Origin: an uncultured Acidobacteriota bacterium
GTDB lineage: Bacteria; Acidobacteriota; Vicinamibacteria; Fen-336
Direction: 5' to 3'
NCBI GenBank assembly: GCA_963724555.1
Contig: CAVRVE010000002.1
Coordinates: forward strand, 77,005 to 141,004
Length of the DNA stretch: 64,000 nucleotides
Below are positions 10,157 through 20,153 of this stretch, in pieces. A model generated the notes under the pieces. It saw nothing but the letters and a program-made list of their open reading frames with translations, was not told where the DNA came from and did not search any database. The position numbers and the translations under genes were made by a program. Position 1 is the stretch's first letter, and the number at the start of each line of letters is the position of its first letter.

Positions 10157-11895
10157 GGCGGCTTCGCGGCCTGATCGCCGGGGCGCTGCTGCTCGCGGCG
10201 AGCCCCGGGGAAACTGGTGGGACGCAGTCCCCCCAGGACAGGAACGCTCCGTTCACCCTGCGCTCGGAGGTCGACGCGCACAAGATCGGCGTGCAGGACC
10301 CGCTCCAGCTCACGATCACGGTCGAGGGCAGCAACGCGCCCGACGAGATCCCGCTGCCGCCGCTCGTCAACCTGGAGGTGACGGCCGGGCCGTTCCAGTC
10401 GAGCCAGATCTCGATCGTGAACGGGCGCATGTCGCAGTCGCGGACGCTCAGCTACGTGCTGCAGCCGCGCGCCGTCGGCAAGGCGGAGATCGGCGCCGTC
10501 CAGGCGGGCGGGCAGTCGACGGCACCGATCGCGGTCGACGTGGTGGCGGGGGCGATCCGCACGAAGGAGCCGCAGCGCCAGGACCCGTTCGGCCGCGATC
10601 CGCTCGGCGACCCCTTCGAGGACATGTTCGGAGCGCGCCGGCGCGGCCGCAGCGAGACGCTGCGCGTGCAGATGGAGGCGCAGCCGTCGCGCAGCCGCCT
10701 GCACGTCGGCGAGCCGCTCGTGCTCACGTACTGGCTCTACACGCAGGCTTCGGTGGCGGACCTCCAGTTCAAGGAGGCGCCGCAGTACGCCGGCTTCTGG
10801 GCGGAGGACCTCGAGCGCGAGAAGGTGTCGCCGTCCGGCGAGGCCGCGAGCCTCGAGGGGCAGAGCTACCGGCGCTTCCCGATCCTGCGCAAGCTGCTGT
10901 TCCCGACGAAGGCCGGCACGCTCACGATCCCGGCGAGCGTCTTCCGGGTCGGCATCGCGCGCACCAGCTTCTTCGACGCGGGCGGCACGATCGAGCGGCC
11001 GACGAAGCCGGTCACGATCACCGTTGATCCGCTGCCGGACGCGCCGGGCTTCAGCGGTGCGGTCGGCCACTTCAAGGCGACGGCGAGCCTCGACCGCGAC
11101 ACGGTTCCGCTGGGCGAGGCGGCGACGCTGCGCTTCCGCGTCGAGGGCACGGGCAACCTCAAGTGGGTGGACCGCGCGCCGGAGCTCCTGGTCAGCGGGG
11201 CCAAGGTGTTCCCGCCCCAGTCGAAGAGCGACCTGCGCACGACGGAGAGCGGCGTGAGCGGCTCGCGCAGCTGGGAGTTCGTGGTCGTGCCCGAGACGAG
11301 CGGCGCGATCGAGATCAAGCCGATGGCCTTCTCGTACTTCGACGCCGGAGCCGGCAAGATCGTGAGCTCCGAGACGGCACCGCTCACGCTCAGGGTCGCG
11401 GGCGGGACCGCCGCCGCGGGACTGCCACAGGCGCCGGGCCTCTCGGCCGCCGCGCGCGCGACGGGGGCGCTGCCGCTGCGCTCCGAGCTCGATCGGCACG
11501 CCGGTTGGGCGCCCGGGCCGGGGCTGCTGGCGAGCCTCGTGGGGCTCGCGCTCGTCGTGCACGCCGGGCTCTTTGGCCTCGGGATGCGGGGCGGCGGCTC
11601 GTACGGCAGCGCGCACGCGGCGTCGTCGCGCTCGGTGCGCGCGGCGCTGCGCGAGCTGGAGCGCGTCTCGCGCGAGCCGATGACCAAGGAAAAGGCCGCG
11701 GCGCTCGTCGAGAAGGCGCTCGACGAGGCCGTGGGCGGGATCGCCGACGCCGACGACAGCGAGCGCGCGCGCGCGATACGGGCGCTGCTCGACGACGTGC
11801 GCTTCGTGCGCTACGCGCCCCAGCTCGGCGACTACTCGGAGAAGGTGAAGGACCTCGCGGCGCGCGCGGCCGAGGCGGTGCGCCGGTGGGCGTGA
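10153..11895 (+). CDS. batD: BatD-family protein
   Basis: Signal peptide, repeated BatD domains (SQISIVNG, FSGAVGHF, VEGTGNL), C-terminal TM. Confidence 0.85.
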   Translation: MRRLRGLIAGALLLAASPGETGGTQSPQDRNAPFTLRSEVDAHKIGVQDPLQLTITVEGSNAPDEIPLPPLVNLEVTAGPFQSSQISIVNGRMSQSRTLSYVLQPRAVGKAEIGAVQAGGQSTAPIAVDVVAGAIRTKEPQRQDPFGRDPLGDPFEDMFGARRRGRSETLRVQMEAQPSRSRLHVGEPLVLTYWLYTQASVADLQFKEAPQYAGFWAEDLEREKVSPSGEAASLEGQSYRRFPILRKLLFPTKAGTLTIPASVFRVGIARTSFFDAGGTIERPTKPVTITVDPLPDAPGFSGAVGHFKATASLDRDTVPLGEAATLRFRVEGTGNLKWVDRAPELLVSGAKVFPPQSKSDLRTTESGVSGSRSWEFVVVPETSGAIEIKPMAFSYFDAGAGKIVSSETAPLTLRVAGGTAAAGLPQAPGLSAAARATGALPLRSELDRHAGWAPGPGLLASLVGLALVVHAGLFGLGMRGGGSYGSAHAASSRSVRAALRELERVSREPMTKEKAAALVEKALDEAVGGIADADDSERARAIRALLDDVRFVRYAPQLGDYSEKVKDLAARAAEAVRRWA

Positions 11896-12651
11896 GCGCC
11901 CGCGGCCCGCTCCTCGCCGGCCTGCTGCTCGCCGCGGCGAGCGCCGCGGCCGGCCCCAGCGAGGACCGCTTCCGCGAGGCGAACGACCTCGTGCGCTCCG
12001 GCGACTACCCGCGAGCGATCGCGATCTACGGCGAGCTCGCGCGCGCGGACGCCGAGAGCGCGACGCTCTACTGGAACTGGGCCCAGGCCGCCACGGCGCG
12101 CGGGGCGCACGGCGAGTCGCTCTGGGCGCTTCTGCGCGCGCGCGAGCTCGACCCGGCCGACCGCGCCGTGGCGCGCGACGTGGAACGCCTGCGCGAGGCC
12201 CTGAACCTGGACAGGGCCGAGATCGCCCCCGAGCCGCTGGCCGTCGCCGGCCGGTTCGCGCGGCGCTACCGCCTCGACCTCGTGGCGCTCGGCCTGCTGG
12301 CGTTGTCCGTCGCCGCTCACGGCGCCGCCCGGCTTCGGATGCGCACCTCGCGCGGGCCTCCGGGTCGCTGGGGCGACGCTGGTGCTGGCCGTCGCCGCCG
12401 CCGCCGTACCGCTCGCGGCCTCCTTCGCCCGGCCGACGGCCGCCGTCGTCCGCCGGGGGGCCCCGCTCGTCGACGCCGCCTCCCCCTCGGCCGACGCCAC
12501 CGGTACGCTCCGGGAAGGCGAAGTCGTCCCCGTTCTCGAGACGAGCGGCGACTGGCTCCGCGTCGAGGACAACGCCGGAGCCCGCGGCTGGGTGCATCAG
12601 GCGGACGTGAGGCGGCTCGACACGGCTCCGGCAGCCCCGCCAAGAGACTGA
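11892..12651 (+). CDS. BatE-like TPR plus SH3 protein; frameshift about 12340-12380
   Basis: FREANDLVRSGDYPRAIAIY TPR; C-terminal TLREGEVVPVLETSGDWLRVEDNAGARGWV (SH3b). Confidence 0.75.
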
Positions 12652-12809
12652 CTCGCCGAGACTCACGGTCGCTTCCATCCCATTGGATGTGCGCGGCTTG
12701 TGCGCTCATGCCCCCCTCACCGCAAGCTCCGGGATTGCCCGTGGAACGGGGCGCGGAACCGACCGTAACCTGCTCGCAAGAGACGGTTCGGGGCGAGGAG
12801 GGGGAGGAG

Positions 12810-13070
12810 ATGGCGCAGACGCTCATGACCCACGGCCACGGGGCGCGAACCCCGCAGGCCAACCTGAGGCAGCTCGTGGAGGACTACGAGCGGCGGCTGA
12901 TCATCGAGGCATTGGTCCGGGCGCACGGGAACCAACGCCGGGCGGCCGCCGAGCTCGGCTGTCTTCCGACGACCCTCAACGAGAAGATGCGGCGGCTCGG
13001 GCTGCGGGCGTGCGACCGGCAGCTCGACGAGAGCCAGCTCGGCGACATGGAGATGATGGGCCACGCTTGA
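12810..13070 (+). CDS. Stand-alone Fis-type (HTH_8) DNA-binding protein, 86 aa
   Basis: GGAGGAG ribosome site; LRQLVEDYERRLIIEALVRAHGNQRRAAAELGCLPTTLNEKMRRLG. Confidence 0.8.
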   Translation: MAQTLMTHGHGARTPQANLRQLVEDYERRLIIEALVRAHGNQRRAAAELGCLPTTLNEKMRRLGLRACDRQLDESQLGDMEMMGHA

Positions 13071-13127
13071 CGGCGCGCGGCGGCGCGGGCACCCTCCTCC
13101 GTCCGGTCCCACAACTGGAGGAAGAGG

Positions 13128-16100
13128 ATGCCCCGTCCGCTCGCCGCGCTTCTGGCTCTCACGCTCGCCGGCCCCGCCTGGACGAGCGCGATCGATCTCG
13201 CCGACACCCGGCTCGTCGCTGATCCCGCCACGAGCGGCTCGCTCGTGGCGTTCGCCTACGCGAACGACGTCTGGGTGGCCGCGAGCGACGGCAGCGGCGT
13301 CCGGCGGCTGACCTCGCATCCCGGCGCCGAGTCGGGCCCGCGCTTCTCGCCCGACGGCCGGCTCGTCGCGTTCACCGGCCGCTACGAGGGCAACACCGAC
13401 GTCTACGTGGTCGCCGCGGCGGGCGGCGTGCCGCGCCGGCTCACCTACCACCCCGGCAACGACACGGCGCTCGGCTTCACGCCGGACGGCAAGTCGGTGC
13501 TGTTCTCGTCCCCGCGCGAGGTCTACACCGGGCGCTACACCCAGCTCTTCACGGTGCCGGTCGAGGGCGGCTTCCCGACCAAGCTCAAGATCCCGAACGC
13601 GAGCAAGGCGGCGATCTCGCCCGACGGACGCACGATCGCGTACGTGCCGCTCGGCGAGCCGTTCGCGCAGTGGAAGCACTACCGCGGCGGCCAGGTCTCG
13701 CGCATCCTGCTGTTCGACAACGCGAGCTACTCCGTCGAGCAGGTCCCGCAGCCGAGCGGCCGCTGCAACGACACCGACCCGATGTGGATCGGCGACCGGC
13801 TCTACTTCCGCTCCGACCGCGACGGCGAGTTCAACCTCTACGCCTTCGACCGCGCCACGAAGGCGGTGACGCGCCTGACCTCGTCGACCGGGTTCCCGGT
13901 GCTGTACGCCACGGCCGGCGGCGGGCGCATCGTCTACGAGCAGGCGGGCTACCTGCACCTGCTCGACCCGGCCACGGGCGCCTCGCAGCGGCTCAAGCTC
14001 GGCGTCGCCGCCGACCTCGTCGAGCTGCGGCCGCGCTGGGCCAAGGGCGCGAAGTGGATCCGCTCGGCGAGCCTCTCGCCCTCGGGCGCGCGCGTGGCGT
14101 TCGAGTTCCGCGGCGAGATCGTGACGCGTGCCGCGCGAGAAGGGCGACGACCGCAACCTCACGCAGACGCCCGGCGTCCACGAGCGCTCGCCGGCCTGGT
14201 CGCCCGACGGCAAGTCGATCGCGTACTTCTCGGACGCGGGCGGCGAGTACGGCCTCGTGCTCGAGGCGCAGGACGGCAAGGGCGCGCCGCGGCGGATCGC
14301 GCTCAAGGGCGCCGGCTTCTACGCGCGGCCCAAGTGGTCGCCCGACTCGAAGAAGCTGAGCTTCGCCGACAACTCGCTCGCGCTCTACGTGGTCGACGTC
14401 GCGAGCGGCAAGCAGACGCGCGTCTCGAGCGAGCCGCTCTACGGCCCGGCCGTCGTGCTGCACCACTCCTGGTCGCCCGACTCGCGCTGGCTCGCCTACA
14501 CCCGCAACACGGCGACCTACTTCAACCGGCTCTTCCTCTACTCGCTCGCCGAGGACCGCTCGTACCCGGTGAGCGACGGGCTCGCCGACGCCACGAGCCC
14601 GGTGTTCGACGCCTCCGGCAAGTACCTCTACTTCCTGGTGTCGACCGACGCCGGGCCGGTGCAACGACTGGTTCTCGCAGGCGAGCGCCGACATGCGCGA
14701 GGCGCAGCGCGTCTACCTGGCCGTGCTCGCGAAGGGCGTGCCCTCGCCGCTCGTGAAGGAGAGCGACGAGGAGAAGGGGAAGGAAGACAAGCCCGAGCCG
14801 CTCGCGAAGCCCGACGCGAAGTCCGGTGGCGAGAAGCCGGACGAGACGAAGGGCGACGCGAAGAAGGACGCCAAGAAGGACGAGAAGAAGCCGGAGAAGC
14901 CGGTCGAGGTGAAGTTCGATCCCGAGGGGCTCTCGCAGCGGATCCTGGCGCTGCCGATGAAGGCGGGGCCCTACGCCGACCTCGCGGCGGGCGCCGCGAA
15001 CCAGCTCTTCTACCGGCGCGCGCAGCTCGACCGATCCCGAGGTCGACGCCGCGCTCTACCGCTACGACCTCGAGAAGCGCAAGGAGGAGACACTCTCCGA
15101 GAAGGCCGACGGCTTCGCGCTGAGCGGCGACGGCAAGCGCGCGCTGCTGCGCATGAAGGACGACTGGTACATCGTCGACGTCGCCGACAAGGTCGACCTC
15201 GCGAAGTTCAAGCTCGACGTCGGGCGGATCCAGGTGAAGATCGACCCGCCCGCCGAGTGGGCGCAGATGCTTCGACGAGGCCTGGCGCATCAACCGCGAC
15301 TACTTCTACGACCCGGCCTACCACGGCGCCGACTGGCCGGCGATGCGCACGAAGTACGCAGGCGTTCCTGCCGGACCTCGCGACGCGCAACGACCTCATC
15401 CGCGTGATCCGCTGGATGCTGAGCGAGCTCGCCGTCGGCCACTCCTACCAGTCGCCCGGCGACAGTGCCTTCGAGGCGGAGACGATCCCGGGCGGCCTGC
15501 TCGGCGCCGACTACGAGGTCGCGAGCGGGCGCTACCGCTTCAAGAAGGTCTTCGGCGGCCTCAACTGGACGCCCGACCTGCGCGCGCCGCTCACCGAGCC
15601 CGGGGTGGACGTGACGGCCGGCGAGTACCTGCTCGCGGTGGATGGCCGCGAGCTGCGCTACCCGGACAACCTCTACGCGCGCTTCGAGCGCACCGCCGGC
15701 CGCTTCGTCGAGCTCACGGTCGGGCCGAACCCCGACGGCACGGGCTCGCGCACGCGTCAAGGTGGTGCCGATCGAGAACGAGGGGGCGCTCCGCAACCGC
15801 GACTGGGTCGAGGGCAACCTGCGGCACGTCACGGAGGCGACGCAGGGCAAGGTCGCCTACGTCTACGTCCCCAACACCGCCGGCCAGGGCCACAGCTACT
15901 TCAAGCGCTACTTCTTCCCGCAGGCCGACCGCCAGGCGATCATCGTCGACGAGCGCCACAACGGCGGCGGGCAGGTGGCCGACTACTACATCGACATCCT
16001 GCGCCGGCCGGTCGTGAGCTACTGGGCGATGCGCTACGGCGCCGACCTCAAGACGCCGATCGCGGGCGATCCACGGGCCCAAGGTGATGCTGATCGACGA

Positions 16101-16460
16101 GACCGCGGGCTCGGGCGGCGACCTCCTGCCCTGGATGTTCCGCAAGTTCGAGCTCGGGCCGCTCGTCGGCAAGCGCACCTGGGGCGGGCTCGTCGGGATC
16201 CTCGGCTTCCCGGTGCTGATGGACGGCGGCTCGGTCACGGCGCCCAACCTCGCCTTCTGGACCGAGGACGGGCTTCGTCGTCGAGAACGAGGGCGTGGCG
16301 CCCGACGTGGAGGTGGAGCAGACGCCCGCGGACGTGATCGCGGGCAAGCGACCCGCAGCTCGAGAAGGCGATCGCGCTCGTGATGGCGGAGCTCGCGAAG
16401 AGCCCGCCGGCCGCGCCGAAGCGGCCGCCCATCCCGGCGCGGGCGCGGACCGGAAGCTAG
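13128..16460 (+). CDS. Tricorn-like S41 protease (PD40 propellers, PDZ); about 9 frameshifts
   Basis: Signal peptide; PRFSPDG/WSPDG repeats; LAVGHSY, IVDERHNGGG, DETAGSGGD (catalytic Ser), GKRTWGG, ENEGVAPD spread across frames. Confidence 0.88.
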
Positions 16461-16492
16461 GGCGCCTCATCCCGCGGACGTAGAATCGGGCC

Positions 16493-18155
16493 ATGACGAC
16501 CGAGACGGCGGTCGGCAGCGGCCTCGCGACGCTGCACTCCTGGGTCGGCGGCCGGCCGGTCGAAGGCCGCGGGGGGCTGCGCACCGCGACGAACCCGGCG
16601 ACCGGCGAGGCGATCGGGCAGGCGAGCCTGCTGGACGCGGCGCAGGCGGCCGAGGCGATCGCCGCGGCACGCGCCGCGTTCCCGGCGTGGAGCCGCACGA
16701 GCTTCGCCGAGCGCGCCGCGGCTGCTCGACCGCTGGCGCGAGGCGATCGTCGACGAGGCGGACGACATCGCGCGGCTCATCGAGCGCGAGCAGGGCAAGC
16801 CGGCGGCCGAGGCGCTCGTCGCCGAGGTGCTGCCGTCGCTCGAGGCGCTCAAGCACCTCTCCGAGCACGGCGAGGACCTGCTGCGCGACGAGCCGCTCGA
16901 GCCGGGACAGCTGCTGCTCGCGCACAAGCGCGCGCGGCTCGTCTACGCGCCCTACGGCGTCGTCCTCGCGATCAAGCCGTGGAACTACCCCTGGGGCCAG
17001 TCGCTGCCGGTGCTCGCCGCGGCGCTCTTCGCCGGGAACACGGTGGTGCTCAAGCCGGCGCCCGCCACGACGCTCGTCGGCCTGCGGATGGGAGCGCTCG
17101 CCCGCAAGGCGGGCCTGCCGGACGGCGTCGTCAGCGTCCTGGCCGTGGACGACGGCGTCGCCGCCTCGCTCGTCGAGGACCCGCGGGTCGGCAAGATCGT
17201 CTTCACCGGCAGCGTCGCGACGGGCAGGAAGGTGATGGCGGCGGCCGCGAAGAACCTCACGCCGGTCGTGCTCGAGCTCGGCGGCAAGGACGCCGCGATC
17301 GTGTGCCGCGATGCGGACCTCGACTTCGCGGCGCGCGGAATCGTCTGGAACGCCTTCATGAACGCGGGGCAGACCTGCTCGTCGGTGGAGCGCGTCTACG
17401 TCGAGCGGCCGGTGCTCGAGCCGTTCCTCGCGAAGGTGCTCGAGGAGGCGCGCCGCGTGCGCCTCAAGGACGACGCGGGCGCGGGCGAGGTCGGCCCGCT
17501 GACGCTCGAGCGCCAGCGCCGCGTGGTCGAGGCCCATCTCGCCGACGCGGTGGCGAAGGGCGCGCGCGTGCTGCTCGGCGGCGAGCGCCCGGGCGGCCCG
17601 GGTCTCTTCTACAAGCCCACGGTCGTGGTGGACGTCGACCACGGCATGACGCTGATGAAGGAGGAGACGTTCGGCCCGGTGCTGCCGGTGATGGCGGTCG
17701 ACTCGCTCGACGAGGCGATCCGGCTGGCGAACGACAGCGATTACGGCCTCACGGCGAGCGGCTGGACCCGGAGCGCGCAGACGGCGGAGCGCCTGCAGCG
17801 CGAGCTGGTGGCCGGAGTGGTGTCGATCAACGACCACTCCTCGAGCTTCGCCGAGCCGCAGGCGCCCTGGGGCGGCATGAAGGCGAGCGGGATCGGCCGC
17901 ATCCACGGGCGCGCCGGGCTGCGCGAGATGGTCCAGCCGAAGTACGTGAGCTTCGACCGCGGCGGGAAGTCCGCGCTCTGGTGGTATCCCTACGACGCGG
18001 AGTACCGGGCGCTGATATCCGGCGTGGCGCCGGCGCTCTACGCGAAGTCCTTCGCGCGCCGGCTCGCGGGCCAGCTCGGGCTCATGCGCTTCTCTCGGCT
18101 GTGGCGCCGCTTCGGCATCGGGCGCCTCGCCATGGGCCTCGACAAGCTCTTCTGA
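16493..18155 (+). CDS. Aldehyde dehydrogenase family protein; frameshift near 16715
   Basis: PWNYP, FTGSVATG, LELGGKD, NAGQTCSS, EETFGP. Confidence 0.9.
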
Positions 18156-18166
18156 GCGGGCCCCCC

Positions 18167-19147
18167 TTGTCCCAGGTACCCCAGCTCTCCCGCTCGCGGC
18201 GGCCCAAGTGGCACTACCTGCTGGTGGGCGTCGGCCTGATCGTCGTCGCCATCTCGCTCACGGTCGCGTGGGGGATCCTGGCCGCGCCCGAGGTCGCGGG
18301 CACGCGCGCCGTCGCGCCGGCCCGCGTGGTCGCGTACTTCTTCGGCAGCGTGATGTTCCTGCTGCTGATCGCGGGCCTGGTGCTGATCGTGCTGCTGCTG
18401 CTGCGCGAGGTGCGGCTCAACGAGCGGCAGTCGAACTTCGTGAGCGCCGTGACGCACGAGCTCAAGACGCCGGTCGCCTCGCTCAAGCTCTACCTGGAGA
18501 CGCTCGAGTACCGCGAGGTGCCGGAGGAGCGCCGCAGCGAGTTCTACCGCACGATGCGCCAGGACATCGAGCGGCTGAACACGACCATCAACAACGTGCT
18601 GAACGCGGCGATGTACACCGACCGGCCCGTCGCCCCGCCGCGCCCGCTCGACCTCGCGCGGCTCGCGCGCCGCGCCGCCGAGCTGACGCTCACGCGGCAT
18701 CAGCTCGCGAAGGGCGCGATCCGCTACGACGGGCCGGAGAGCCTGCGCGTCGCGGGCGACGCCCAGGCGCTCGAGACGGCGCTGCTCAACCTGCTCGACA
18801 ACGCCGTCAAGTACTCGAAGGAGAAGGTGCAGGTCGAGCTCGACGTCTGGGGCGACGCGGACGGCCAGGCGCACCTGCGCGTGCGCGACCACGGCATCGG
18901 CATGAGCCGCACCCACCTGCCGTTCATCTTCACGCGCTTCTACCGGATCGGCGCCGAGGTGCGGCGCAGCCGCACGGGAACCGGCCTCGGGCTCTTCATC
19001 GTCCGCGCGATCGTCAAGGGCCACAAGGGCTCGATCACGGTCGACAGCCCGGGGCCCGACCGCGGCTCCACCTTCACCATCACGCTGCCGGGCCTGCTCG
19101 AGGCGGAGCCCGAGTCGGACGGCGCACCGGAGGCCGCGCGTGCCTAG
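18167..19147 (+). CDS. Sensor histidine kinase (2 TM, very short external loop)
   Basis: VTHELKTP H-box, NLLDNAVKY, DHGIG, GTGLGL; TTG start is uncertain. Confidence 0.9.
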   Translation: MSQVPQLSRSRRPKWHYLLVGVGLIVVAISLTVAWGILAAPEVAGTRAVAPARVVAYFFGSVMFLLLIAGLVLIVLLLLREVRLNERQSNFVSAVTHELKTPVASLKLYLETLEYREVPEERRSEFYRTMRQDIERLNTTINNVLNAAMYTDRPVAPPRPLDLARLARRAAELTLTRHQLAKGAIRYDGPESLRVAGDAQALETALLNLLDNAVKYSKEKVQVELDVWGDADGQAHLRVRDHGIGMSRTHLPFIFTRFYRIGAEVRRSRTGTGLGLFIVRAIVKGHKGSITVDSPGPDRGSTFTITLPGLLEAEPESDGAPEAARA

Positions 19148-19874
19148 GATCCTGCTGGTCGAGGACGAGGAGCACCTCGCCGAGGGCATCCGCTTCAACC
19201 TCGAGCTCGACGGCTACGAGGTGGAGACGATCGCGGACGGCCTGCGCGCGCTCGAGCGGCTGGTGCCGCCCGCCGACGGCGGTCCCGGCGGGCCGTCCAT
19301 CGACCTGGTGGTGCTGGACGTGATGCTGCCGGGGCTCGACGGCTTCGAGGTCGTCGAGCGCATGCGGCTGGCCGCCAACTACACGCCGGTGATGATGCTG
19401 ACGGCGAAGGGCCTGCCCGAGGACGTGGCCTTCGGGCTCGAGGCCGGGGCCGACGACTACCTGCCGAAGCCCTTCGACCTGCCGGTGCTGCTCGCGCGCG
19501 TCAAGGGCCTGATCCGCCGCCGCGACTGGGCGCGCGGCTCGACCGCCGACGCCGTGCGCGTCGGCCCCGCGCTCGTCGACTTCGCCAACTTCGAGCTGCG
19601 CAAGGGGGACGCGCTCGTGCGGCTGACGCTGCTCGAGGCGATGCTGCTGAAGCTGCTGGTCGAGAAGCGGGGACAGGTGGTGACGAAGGCCGAGATCCTC
19701 GAGAAGGTCTGGAACCTCAACCCCGACACCGAGACGCGCGCGGTCGACAACTTCGTGATGCGCCTGCGGCGACATCTCGAAGAGGACGCGCGCGAGCCGC
19801 GCCTGCTGCAGACCGTGCGCGGGGTCGGCTACCGGCTGAGCGACGAGGTCAGCCCCCGCTCACGGGCGGAATGA
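19140..19874 (+). CDS. OmpR-family response regulator
   Basis: LVEDE, LDVMLP, GADDYLPKPF; winged helix ending LQTVRGVGYRL. Confidence 0.93.
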   Translation: MPRILLVEDEEHLAEGIRFNLELDGYEVETIADGLRALERLVPPADGGPGGPSIDLVVLDVMLPGLDGFEVVERMRLAANYTPVMMLTAKGLPEDVAFGLEAGADDYLPKPFDLPVLLARVKGLIRRRDWARGSTADAVRVGPALVDFANFELRKGDALVRLTLLEAMLLKLLVEKRGQVVTKAEILEKVWNLNPDTETRAVDNFVMRLRRHLEEDAREPRLLQTVRGVGYRLSDEVSPRSRAE

Positions 19875-20094
19875 AGGCGACCTCGTCGGCATCCTGAAGC
19901 ACCGTTTCGAAGCTCGCGTAGACCCGGTTCACGGACACCGCGAGGCTCGCGCGCCTGGCGGCGAGCGCGGGATGGTCCACGACGAGCGCCTGCCAGGCCG
20001 CCTCGGCGGTCGCTCCCCCGGGCAGCTCCAGCTGCGCCTCCGGTCCCCCGGCGGCCTCCCGAAGCGACGCGAACAGCCGCACTCGCACGTGCAC
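19849..20094 (-). CDS. moaD: Molybdopterin synthase sulfur-carrier subunit
   Basis: VRLFASLRE...DEVAFIPPVSGG with C-terminal di-Gly. Confidence 0.92.
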   Translation of the reverse strand: MHVRVRLFASLREAAGGPEAQLELPGGATAEAAWQALVVDHPALAARRASLAVSVNRVYASFETVLQDADEVAFIPPVSGG

Positions 20095-20153
20095 GAACGA
20101 GGTTTCGCACGGCCGAGCGCCCGGGTCAACCCGGTGCGCTATAGACTCGCAGC

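Noticed and set aside
12735-12765. Sigma54-like TGGAAC upstream of the Fis-like gene
   Set aside because: No GC at the -12 position
16493-19147. Apparent ALDH-histidine kinase fusion (884 aa ORF)
   Set aside because: Artefact of the frameshift near 16715; the ALDH has its own stop at 18155
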